Shown: positions 19,422-27,857 of the stretch, piece after piece
Layout: every line of letters starts with the position of its first letter
Numbering within the stretch: position 1 is the stretch's first letter
Program-made: the position numbers and the translations under genes
From: Candidatus Kapaibacterium sp.
Lineage (GTDB): Bacteria; Bacteroidota; Ignavibacteria; Kapaibacteriales; UBA2268
Assembly (NCBI GenBank): GCA_963664875.1
Contig: OY761611.1
Span: 1,184,001 to 1,248,000, forward strand
Direction: 5' to 3'
Length of the DNA stretch: 64,000 bases
Notes under the pieces: model-generated
Told to the model about the DNA's origin: nothing
The model's input: the letters and a program-made list of their open reading frames with translations, nothing else
Databases searched by the model: none

Positions 19422-19527
19422 AAACACTATACTGTTATTGCATAAATTGGGTTATAAAAAAGAAGATATTGCTATACATACCAAAACTGATATTGATTTC
19501 GTTGATGATGTGCTTTCCAATGAATAG
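19240..19527 (+). CDS. Stand-alone Rpn C-terminal-domain protein (internally deleted duplicate, RpnS-like)
   Basis: Starts MYLTEK like the upstream gene, then continues PEQAKSYEESLKHYRDLKNSLDTAH-EEG repeats and a different HTH-like tail. Confidence 0.75.
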   Translation: MYLTEKETTDNAIFAPEQAKSYEESLKHYRDLKNSLDTAHEEGFVEGIEEGRKEGIEEGRKNTILLLHKLGYKKEDIAIHTKTDIDFVDDVLSNE

Positions 19528-19593
19528 TTTCTATTGTTTGCAACCGTCCACTTCAAAATATCGTAATATAAAAATAAAGAACATAGGAGTAAT

Positions 19594-20217
19594 ATGATGT
19601 ATCTTAGAAAGATTTGGATTGTTTCAGTATTGATTTGCTTGACTTTTATCAGCTGCAATACTTTAAATCAGATAAAACAATCAATGGTAAACTTGAAACG
19701 TTGTGAATTTAGACTGAAAAATGTAAATAATTTTCAGCTTAATAGCATCAACCTTTCCAATAAAAAGTCTATAAATGACTTTTCTATCTCTGATGGACTT
19801 AAACTTACTAACGCTTTTGCAAAGAAATCTTTTCCGGCACATTTTATTTTAAATGTTGAAGCAAATAATCCGAACGACGGTACGGGTGGTACAAAACAAA
19901 GCTCAGCAACACTGACATCATTCGATTGGACACTTTATATTGATGATGTGCCAACAATTTCCGGAAATATAGCTGAACCTATAGTAATTCCCGGAACCGG
20001 CCAATCTGCAATCATACCTTTAGATATTTCCTTAGATTTATATGAGTTTTTCGGCAAGCAAGGCTATGATAGAGTAATTAATTTGGCATTGGCTTTGGGT
20101 GGGGCAAACTCCTCCCCATCGAAGATTACTTTAGATGCACGGCCAACAATAAACACTTCACTAGGTCCTATTTCATACCCCGGAAGAATAAAGATTGTAG
20201 AAAAAACTTGGAAATAA
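19594..20217 (+). CDS. LEA type 2 / WHy-domain lipoprotein
   Basis: Lipobox FISC; LNVEANNPN...LTSFDWTLYIDD...IIPLDISL; AGGAG RBS. Confidence 0.7.
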   Translation: MMYLRKIWIVSVLICLTFISCNTLNQIKQSMVNLKRCEFRLKNVNNFQLNSINLSNKKSINDFSISDGLKLTNAFAKKSFPAHFILNVEANNPNDGTGGTKQSSATLTSFDWTLYIDDVPTISGNIAEPIVIPGTGQSAIIPLDISLDLYEFFGKQGYDRVINLALALGGANSSPSKITLDARPTINTSLGPISYPGRIKIVEKTWK

Positions 20218-20226
20218 TTACCCCGC

Positions 20227-20256
20227 GAGCTATCAACCGATAGCTCTTTTTTTTTT
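20227..20256 (+). terminator. Intrinsic terminator
   Basis: gagctatc-aacc-gatagctc followed by ten T. Confidence 0.85.
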
Positions 20257-20321
20257 GCTTCGACATATCACATTCTTATGTTGATTTATAAAATTTAATT
20301 TTGAACAATAAACAAAAAAGC

Positions 20322-20343
20322 TATATTTGACCATACGGTTAAA
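20322..20343 (+). promoter_or_regulatory. TAnnTTTG promoter element overlapped by a palindromic operator candidate for the downstream TetR
   Basis: TATATTTG at 20322-20329 (TTTG at 20300-20303) overlapping tttgacc-atac-ggttaaa at 20326-20343 (one mismatch). Confidence 0.55.
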
Positions 20344-20384
20344 CCAACAAATCAAACTGATTGTTTTTACTATTTGGTTGTGGT

Positions 20385-20714
20385 ATGAATAATAGCAATT
20401 TTAGAAGAGAACGAATAATTCTAAACGCAATGCAGCTCTTTATGAGTAAAGGTTATTTAGACACTAAGCTTATTGAAATTGCTGAAGTATCCGGAATACC
20501 ACTCTATATTGTGCTTGATCTATTTGAAAATAAATTTGAATTTTTCCAAGAATGTATCAGGTTCGCAAAATCTATAAACAATAGCGTTATTAGTTTTTCT
20601 GTACTTATTGAAGAAAACCGTGAGCTAATAAAAGAGTTTGAAGAAACGTGTAAATGTCAGAAGGAATATATCCATACCGGCTTAAACCCTTTTATACCAA
20701 TTAGTTTTATTTAA
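20385..20714 (+). CDS. Short TetR-like HTH protein
   Basis: RERIILNAMQLFMSKGYLDTKLIEIAEVSGI resembles a TetR N-terminus; ATG at 20385 preferred. Confidence 0.55.
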   Translation: MNNSNFRRERIILNAMQLFMSKGYLDTKLIEIAEVSGIPLYIVLDLFENKFEFFQECIRFAKSINNSVISFSVLIEENRELIKEFEETCKCQKEYIHTGLNPFIPISFI

Positions 20715-20739
20715 CAATCAAAACTCAGGAGTTTGAATA

Positions 20740-21354
20740 ATGGAGAATGAACTTGTAACTGAAGAAAAAATTTTACAAGCTGCTATGAAAGTTTTTACAA
20801 GAAAAGGATATACAGGTGCAAGGATGCAGGAAATTGCAGACGAAGCTGAAATAAATAAAGCCTCCTTGCACTATTACTTCAGAAGCAAGCAGCTCCTTTT
20901 TGAGAGAATCTTTCAGTCTGTTCTTACAAAATTTTTAGGTGAAGTAGTCACAAAATTAGACTCCGATTTGTGCATTGATGATAAAATTAGATTCTTTTGC
21001 GAAAATTATATCAATCTAATACAAAAGAATCCGGGGTTCCCGAACTTTATTCTAAACGAATTGCACCAAAATCCTCAATATATTTTCGAACTCTTTAACA
21101 AACAACAGATACAACAGAGAATCAAAAATTTCATGTTCCAATACAAAGAAGAAGTTGCCAAAGGCAATTATAGAGAAATGGATATGAGGCAGTTAATTAC
21201 AAACATTATCTCTTTGAGTATCTTCCCCTTTGCGGCTCGCCCTATCCTACAATTCAATTTAGATTTGTCAAATGATGAATTTTATGAGTTTATGGAAGAT
21301 AGGAAAAAGCATATCCCCGAATTTATACTAAACAGTATCAAAATAAATAAATAG
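20740..21354 (+). CDS. TetR/AcrR family transcriptional regulator
   Basis: EEKILQAAMKVFTRKGYTGARMQEIADEAEINKASLHYYFRSK. Confidence 0.92.
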   Translation: MENELVTEEKILQAAMKVFTRKGYTGARMQEIADEAEINKASLHYYFRSKQLLFERIFQSVLTKFLGEVVTKLDSDLCIDDKIRFFCENYINLIQKNPGFPNFILNELHQNPQYIFELFNKQQIQQRIKNFMFQYKEEVAKGNYREMDMRQLITNIISLSIFPFAARPILQFNLDLSNDEFYEFMEDRKKHIPEFILNSIKINK

Positions 21355-21364
21355 TAGGCACAAG

Positions 21365-22639
21365 ATGAAACAACTACTTATTGCAATAATATTTTTGCTC
21401 AATTTGCTGTTGCAGTTACTAAACATATCAGCTCAGGAACTTACTCTTGATGACTGCATTAATGCTGCGATAGAGAAGAACAAACAGCAGAAAAATACTA
21501 AACTTATTGAACAGAAAAATGATTTAGAGCAGTACAATTTGCTCTCAAATTATTATCCTCAGTTGACTCTTGAAGCAAGTGCGTCTTATCAAAGTGATGT
21601 GATGGCACTTCCAATCAAGCTACCAAATTTGAATTTACCAACAATTCCAAATGAAAACTACCAGCTAACTGCACAGGTACAGCAATTAATCTGGGATGGT
21701 GGAAGTGTTTCAGCTGCTTCAAATAGTAAAGAGTTAGAAAATGTACTACAAAAAACAAGTATTGAAATTACAACTCAGCAGCTTAAAGAGACAACAAGTT
21801 CTTTGTTCTTTGGTGCATTATTGTTACAAGAGAAGCTTTTGATTCTGCAGGAAAATATTGAATTTTTAGAATCAAAAGAGGCTCAGCTTCAATCTTTGTA
21901 TAAGAACGGAGTGATTGTAAAAAGCAATCTTCTTGCATTGCAGATTGAAATTGAGAAATTGAAACAAGAGCTAAACGCAACAAGTTATGATCTGCAATCA
22001 CTCAAAAATACATTGGCGAATTATTTGGAAATACCTGATTTGTCAAGCATGACTCTTAAAAATCCTAATATGAAATCAAATAGTAATGTTAGTATAAAGA
22101 GAGCTGAACTTAAAGCGATTGAGCAAAAAAATGACTTATTAGAATCCGGTAAAGAGTCCGTTTCAAGTCAGCTTATGCCCAAAATTGCCGCATTTGCAAA
22201 AGTTGGTTACGGAAACCCAAACCCGATGAATGTATTTGAAGAAGGTGCTCAGACCTATTATATGGCAGGAATCAACTTAAAATGGCAGCCGTTTGACTGG
22301 TTCAAGTCAAGCAAAACCAAAGAGGTGATTGAGATAAATAAAGCTATGAACAACAACGATAAACATGAGCTTGAAAGAAATCTGAATAATATAGTTATCA
22401 CTGAGAACATGAATATAAAAAAGTATGATGAGCTTCTTTCGCAGGACGAATCAATCATCGATATGCAAGGAAAAATACTTGATATGACTTTCTCTCAGTT
22501 AGCGAATGGTACAATCACTTCTACTGAATATATAGTTGAAGTTAAAAAAATGACTGATTCTAAAATCAATAAATCAGTCCACAATATTCAAAAGCAGATG
22601 GCTATCAGCAATCTTTTAATCAAAACCGGCAATAAATAA
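21365..22639 (+). CDS. TolC family outer membrane efflux protein
   Basis: Signal peptide, LTLDDCINAAIE, YYPQLTL, QLIWDGG, long helices; position in an efflux operon. Confidence 0.85.
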   Translation: MKQLLIAIIFLLNLLLQLLNISAQELTLDDCINAAIEKNKQQKNTKLIEQKNDLEQYNLLSNYYPQLTLEASASYQSDVMALPIKLPNLNLPTIPNENYQLTAQVQQLIWDGGSVSAASNSKELENVLQKTSIEITTQQLKETTSSLFFGALLLQEKLLILQENIEFLESKEAQLQSLYKNGVIVKSNLLALQIEIEKLKQELNATSYDLQSLKNTLANYLEIPDLSSMTLKNPNMKSNSNVSIKRAELKAIEQKNDLLESGKESVSSQLMPKIAAFAKVGYGNPNPMNVFEEGAQTYYMAGINLKWQPFDWFKSSKTKEVIEINKAMNNNDKHELERNLNNIVITENMNIKKYDELLSQDESIIDMQGKILDMTFSQLANGTITSTEYIVEVKKMTDSKINKSVHNIQKQMAISNLLIKTGNK

Positions 22640-22653
22640 TATAGGTGATATAA

Positions 22654-23553
22654 ATGAAATACTACATTCTTTTTGCAGCGATGGTATTCTTAGCTGCCTG
22701 CAACAGACACGAAGAAAAAGCAGATGCTTACGGCAATTTCGAAGCTACAGAAATCATAGTATCTGCTGAAACTAACGGCAAAATAACTGACCTTTTGATA
22801 GAAGAAGGCGATGATATTAAGTTGGGCGGCTTGTTAGCAGTAATTGATACTACACAACTATATCTAAAAAAAGAACAACTACTTGCTTCAGGTAATGCTA
22901 TTGATGCAAAAACGCAAAACTTATCTGTACAAATCGATGTTTTAGAAAAGCAAAAAGCTAACTTACTTCGCGAGAAGAACAGAGTAGAAAGGCTACTAAA
23001 AGATTCTGCTGCTACCGTTAAGCAATTAGATGATATTTCAGGTGAACTGGAAGTTGTAGATAAAAAAATTGCGGCAACTAAGTCTTCTATTTCAACTGCA
23101 AATAGAGGGATTCTGAGCGAAAAAGAACCACTCTCTGTAAGTATCAAACAGATTGATGATATGATTGAACGCTCTAAAATTGCTTCTCCAACAAGCGGAA
23201 CCATTCTAAAAAAATATATAGAGCTTGGCGAATATGCTGCTCCCGGCAAACCAATTTGCAAGGTTGCAGATTTGAAAGATATGATTCTAAGGGTCTATGT
23301 GAGCGAAACAAGCCTTGCAAAAGTAAAAATCGGCAACGCTGTAAAAGTTGCTATTGATAACGGAAATGAGTTGAAACACTTTGACGGTACTATCTCATGG
23401 GTATCTGACAAAGCAGAATTTACTCCTAAGATTGTGCAAACTAAAGAAGAAAGAGTTAACCTTGTTTATGCAGTCAAAGTAAACGTTAAAAACGACGGCT
23501 CAATCAAAATAGGTATGCCCGGCGAAATAAGTTTTGAAAACGGAGAAAAGTAA
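22654..23553 (+). CDS. HlyD/YbhG-type periplasmic adaptor lipoprotein
   Basis: Lipobox LAAC, GNFEATEIIVSAE, AEFTPKIVQTKEERVNLVYAVKV. Confidence 0.9.
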   Translation: MKYYILFAAMVFLAACNRHEEKADAYGNFEATEIIVSAETNGKITDLLIEEGDDIKLGGLLAVIDTTQLYLKKEQLLASGNAIDAKTQNLSVQIDVLEKQKANLLREKNRVERLLKDSAATVKQLDDISGELEVVDKKIAATKSSISTANRGILSEKEPLSVSIKQIDDMIERSKIASPTSGTILKKYIELGEYAAPGKPICKVADLKDMILRVYVSETSLAKVKIGNAVKVAIDNGNELKHFDGTISWVSDKAEFTPKIVQTKEERVNLVYAVKVNVKNDGSIKIGMPGEISFENGEK

Positions 23554-23555
23554 CT

Positions 23556-24473
23556 ATGTCAAGCATCTTGATAAAAGACATAGAAAAATCTTATGGTGAT
23601 TGCCATGCTCTTAAACCTGTAAATCTTGAAGTAAACGAAGGTGAGATATTTGGACTGATTGGTCCTGATGGTGCAGGCAAAACAACACTTATCAGAATAC
23701 TAACTTCTCTCATGCTTCCTGATGCAGGCGAAGCTTATGTATCAGGGCATCATGTAGTCAAAGACTATAAAAAAGTTAGAAACATAATCGGCTATATGCC
23801 GGGTAAGTTCGCTTTATATACTGATTTGTCAATAGAAGAAAATCTAAATCTGTTTGCAGGCATATTTGAGACTACAATCGAAAAAAATTATCATTTGATA
23901 GCTCCTATTTATTCTCAAATTGAGCCTTTCAAAAAAAGACTTGCAGGTCAGCTTTCGGGCGGTATGAAGCAGAAACTTGCTCTCTCGTGCGCTCTTATAC
24001 ATAAACCTGAAGTGCTTTTCCTTGATGAACCCACTACGGGTGTCGATCCGGTTTCAAGGAAAGAGTTTTGGGATATGCTTAAAGATTTGAAGAAGCACGG
24101 AATTACCATTTTTGTTTCTACTCCTTATATGGATGAGGCAAATAGATGTGACAGAATAGCTCTTATACAGGATGGAAAAATCTTGGGTGTGGCTACGCCA
24201 AAAGAAATAGAAAACAAGTTTGAACGAGATTTGTATTCCATAAAAGCATCAAATATGCACCTACTGATTACTCATCTAAGAAACTATGAGAACACTCACT
24301 CAGCTTATCCTTTTGGTGAAAGTTGCCACTTCTCGCCTAAAGAGAAGTTGGACGAGAAGCATTTGACTAACTACCTCAGAGAAAGATGCAAGAAAGAGTT
24401 TCACATAGAAAAGATACAACCCGGTATAGAAGATTCATTCATAGAGCTAATGGTGAAAGAAAATGAAGAATAA
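23556..24473 (+). CDS. ABC transporter ATP-binding protein (YbhF-like, first half)
   Basis: GPDGAGKTT, LSGGMKQK, LFLDEPTTGVDP. Confidence 0.92.
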   Translation: MSSILIKDIEKSYGDCHALKPVNLEVNEGEIFGLIGPDGAGKTTLIRILTSLMLPDAGEAYVSGHHVVKDYKKVRNIIGYMPGKFALYTDLSIEENLNLFAGIFETTIEKNYHLIAPIYSQIEPFKKRLAGQLSGGMKQKLALSCALIHKPEVLFLDEPTTGVDPVSRKEFWDMLKDLKKHGITIFVSTPYMDEANRCDRIALIQDGKILGVATPKEIENKFERDLYSIKASNMHLLITHLRNYENTHSAYPFGESCHFSPKEKLDEKHLTNYLRERCKKEFHIEKIQPGIEDSFIELMVKENEE

Positions 24474-25194
24474 CTATGTCATAGAAGCTGAAAATCTGAC
24501 TAAGAAGTTTGGTGATTTTACCGCGGTTGACTCTATCTCATTCAATGTAAATGTAGGTGAAATCTTCGGTTTTCTCGGAGCAAACGGTGCGGGCAAAACA
24601 ACAGCAATGAAAATGCTTACAGGTTTACTTTCCCCTACTTCAGGGAAAGCCACAGTAGCAGGATTTGATGTATTTACTCAGTCAGAAAGTATAAAAAAAC
24701 GAATCGGATATATGTCGCAGAAATTCTCACTTTATGAAGATTTGACTTTATACGAGAATATCAGATTCTTCGCAGGTATTTATGGACTTAACAATAAGCA
24801 AATTAAAGAAAAGGCAAATGAGCTGATAGGACGTTTCGGTCTGGAAGATTTGAGAAACACTTTGGTTGGTGAGCTACCGCTTGGCTGGAAACAGAAAATA
24901 GCATTTTCTATTGCGGTTATTCATTCACCTGATATTGTTTTCCTTGATGAGCCTACTGGCGGTGTTGACCCCATCACCAGAAGACAATTTTGGGAAATGA
25001 TCTACGAAACAGCACATTCCGGAGTAACTGTATTTGTTACTACTCACTACATGGACGAAGCTGAATATTGCGATAGAATTTCGATGATGGTTGACGGAAG
25101 AATAGAAGCCTTAGATTCACCTGCAGGACTAAAAAAGCGATATGAAACTGACAATATGGACGAAGTTTTTCTCAAAATAGCAAGAGCCAAATAA
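24463..25194 (+). CDS. ABC transporter ATP-binding protein (YbhF-like, second half)
   Basis: GANGAGKTT, LPLGWKQK, VFLDEPTGGVDP, TTHYMDEAE. Confidence 0.92.
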   Translation: MKNNYVIEAENLTKKFGDFTAVDSISFNVNVGEIFGFLGANGAGKTTAMKMLTGLLSPTSGKATVAGFDVFTQSESIKKRIGYMSQKFSLYEDLTLYENIRFFAGIYGLNNKQIKEKANELIGRFGLEDLRNTLVGELPLGWKQKIAFSIAVIHSPDIVFLDEPTGGVDPITRRQFWEMIYETAHSGVTVFVTTHYMDEAEYCDRISMMVDGRIEALDSPAGLKKRYETDNMDEVFLKIARAK

Positions 25195-26300
25195 TGAAAA
25201 AACTACTTGTCTTCACTAAAAAAGAGTTTTATCATATTTTTAGAGATAAGAAGACCTTACTGATTCTCTTCGGTATGCCTATCTTCCAAATTTTAATTTT
25301 TGGATTTGCAATTACTAACGAAATCAATAACGCCAATATCTCTATTTACGATAAATCAAAAGACTATCAATCGCAAAAGTTGATAAATAAAATACTCTCA
25401 ACAAACTATTTCACATTGCATTCTTATCTGAATTCTGATTCCGAAATTGAAGATGCTTTTGAAACGGGTAAAGTAAAGCAGGTTATCATAATTGAACCGG
25501 ACTTTGCAGAGAAGCTAAATAAAGAAGGTGAAGCAAATATACATCTCGTTTCTGATGCAACTGACCCAAACACCGGAACTACTCTCATAAACTATACAAG
25601 CTCAATTATCAGAATTTTTGCAAATGAGTTGAATAAAGGAGTAATACCTGATTTTGTGATAGAAAATGAAATTGAGATGCGTTACAACAAAAGCCTTAAA
25701 GGTGTTTATTTGTTTGTTCCCGGCTTGATTACAGTCATTCTTATGCTCGTTTCAGCAATGATGACTTCTATCTCCCTGACTCGTGAGAAAGAATACGGTT
25801 CTATGGAAATTTTGCTTGCCTCACCAATGAAACCGGCTATTGTGATCATATCCAAAGTTATTCCTTATTTGTTAATTGCTTACACTGATGCACTTTTGAT
25901 TCTACTAATGGGCAAATTTATTTTTGGTGTTCCTATCGTGGGAAGTTTGCCCTTATTATTGGCAGAATGTGCGTTATTTGTGATGTTGGCGCTTTCTCTG
26001 GGTATTTTTATCTCAACGAAAGCAAAAACTCAGCAAGTAGCTTTGATGGTAAGTCTGGTGGGCCTTATGCTTCCAACTATTTTGCTTTCCGGATTTATTT
26101 TCCCTGTTGAAAATATGCCAATTCCATTGCAGGTAGTAGCTTCAATTAATCCTTCCAGATGGTTTATAATTATAGTCAAAGATATAATGCTAAAAGGAGC
26201 AGGATTAGACATTCTATGGCAAGAAACATTGATTCTTTTAGGTTTCACTCTTGGTTTTATTCTGCTCAGTATCAAAAACTTTAAGGTAAGGCTGTCATGA
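25194..26300 (+). CDS. ABC-2 type permease (YbhS-like)
   Basis: KEFYHIFRD, FVPGLI...REKEYGSME, LLSGFIFPVENMP. Confidence 0.9.
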   Translation: MKKLLVFTKKEFYHIFRDKKTLLILFGMPIFQILIFGFAITNEINNANISIYDKSKDYQSQKLINKILSTNYFTLHSYLNSDSEIEDAFETGKVKQVIIIEPDFAEKLNKEGEANIHLVSDATDPNTGTTLINYTSSIIRIFANELNKGVIPDFVIENEIEMRYNKSLKGVYLFVPGLITVILMLVSAMMTSISLTREKEYGSMEILLASPMKPAIVIISKVIPYLLIAYTDALLILLMGKFIFGVPIVGSLPLLLAECALFVMLALSLGIFISTKAKTQQVALMVSLVGLMLPTILLSGFIFPVENMPIPLQVVASINPSRWFIIIVKDIMLKGAGLDILWQETLILLGFTLGFILLSIKNFKVRLS

Positions 26301-27424
26301 GAAATGTAAAATTTCTTTTAGAAAAAGAGTTCAAACAGGTATTCAGAAATAAAGCGATGTTGCCTATCATTTTTGTGATGCCGATAATTCAGCTTTTGAT
26401 ACTTGCAAATGCGGCTACATTCGATATAAAAAATCTGAAACTATATATCGTTGACAAAGATATGTCTTCTGTTTCAAGGCAGATTATCAATAAATTTGAG
26501 GCATCTCCTTATTTTGTATTGGAAGAAGTAAGTTTGAGCGAGAAATACGCTGATGAAGCAATACAGGACTCGAAAGCAGATCTGTACATCGAAATTCCTA
26601 AAAATTTTGAGTATGACTTAGTTCGTGAAAAGCACGCAAAAACTAAAATTGTTACAAATGCAATCGACGGCACAAAAGCCGGCCTTGCAATGAACTATGC
26701 CTCAAATATTTTGAATGATTATAATGTAGAAATCGCTCATGAATTGGCAATTTCTACAAATTCGATGCCTCAGGATCAACTGAAAAAGATAAACGTGGAG
26801 TATTCAAACTGGTATAACGAAGATTTGAAATACGATACATTTATGGTGCCTGGTATATTAGTCTTATTGGTAACGATGATAGGAACATTCCTTTCCTCAA
26901 TGAATATCGTAAAAGAAAAAGAAATCGGAACTATAGAGCAGATAAACGTAACGCCAATTCGCAAGCACGAATTTATAATCGGGAAGCTTTTGCCGTTTTT
27001 GGTAATTGCACTATTTGAGCTTGCATTGGGTTTAGTTGTTTCAAAACTTGTCTATAATATTCCTATTCTTGGAAGTATAGGTCTGATTTTCATGTTTGCA
27101 ACTGCGTACATGATAGTTTTTCTTGGGATTGGTCTCTTTATATCAACTTTTACTACAACGCAGCAGCAGGCTATGTTTTTGTCTTGGTTTGTAATGGTAA
27201 TCTTTATCCTTCTCTCGGGACTTTTCACACCTGTAGAGAATATGCCTGAATGGGTACAGTATCTGACTTATTTAAATCCGATTAGATACTTTATTGAAGT
27301 AATCAGAATGGTGATGCTCAAAGGAGCAGGCTTAGAAAACATCACATTCCACTTCAAAATGATGGGCATATTTGCAGTAATATTCAATGTAAGTGCTATA
27401 CTGAGATATAAGAAGACAGTTTGA
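26297..27424 (+). CDS. ABC-2 type permease (YbhR-like)
   Basis: KEFKQVFRN, MVPGIL...KEKEIGTIEQ, LLSGLFTPVENMP. Confidence 0.9.
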   Translation: MRNVKFLLEKEFKQVFRNKAMLPIIFVMPIIQLLILANAATFDIKNLKLYIVDKDMSSVSRQIINKFEASPYFVLEEVSLSEKYADEAIQDSKADLYIEIPKNFEYDLVREKHAKTKIVTNAIDGTKAGLAMNYASNILNDYNVEIAHELAISTNSMPQDQLKKINVEYSNWYNEDLKYDTFMVPGILVLLVTMIGTFLSSMNIVKEKEIGTIEQINVTPIRKHEFIIGKLLPFLVIALFELALGLVVSKLVYNIPILGSIGLIFMFATAYMIVFLGIGLFISTFTTTQQQAMFLSWFVMVIFILLSGLFTPVENMPEWVQYLTYLNPIRYFIEVIRMVMLKGAGLENITFHFKMMGIFAVIFNVSAILRYKKTV

Positions 27425-27481
27425 GAATAACTAACAAAAGTCATTTTAAAGCACAATTAAGCCATTATCTTGTTTATTGGG

Positions 27482-27668
27482 AGGCTATCTCATAAGTCAA
27501 AATTTGCATTTTATTCTTGATGTCTGTAAGTTTTACCGACAGCTTAAGCAGTCGGCTGCATTTGTGTAACTCTTTGCAACTGCATGCTTTAGCTTGCGGT
27601 AGAAAAAAAAAATATAACGTTTGTTTTTCCTCTACTTTTACTAAAGACTCAGACTTATGAGGCAGCCT
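27482..27668. mobile_element. MITE-like non-coding element with 17-bp imperfect TIRs and an internal REP-like hairpin doublet (copy A)
   Basis: Left aggctatctcataagtc, right gacttatgaggcagcct; aligns end to end with 51625-51818. Confidence 0.75.
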
Positions 27669-27781
27669 TTTCCCTGATTCAATATGAAATTTTTTCTTAC
27701 ATTAACTAATTGAATTCTTCTACGTAAATAAAGGAAGTTGCAAATATTTTTGAGTCCTAATGACAAATCAGGGATTATAAC

Positions 27782-27823
27782 AAAAAATACCGCAGTGATA
27801 TTTGTCATATATCGCTGCGGTTT
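27782..27823 (-). terminator. Intrinsic terminator of the VPS10/BNR gene
   Basis: accgcagtgata...tatcgctgcggt stem; T-tract follows on the minus strand. Confidence 0.7.
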
Positions 27824-27857
27824 ATTGATTTATATTATAGCATATAGACTACAATTC

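Noticed and set aside
20740-27424. TetR-TolC-HlyD-two ATPase-two permease operon as a novel system
   Set aside because: Matches the well-known YbhGFSR-like ABC efflux arrangement; the LPLGW signature in the second ATPase is normal for this family
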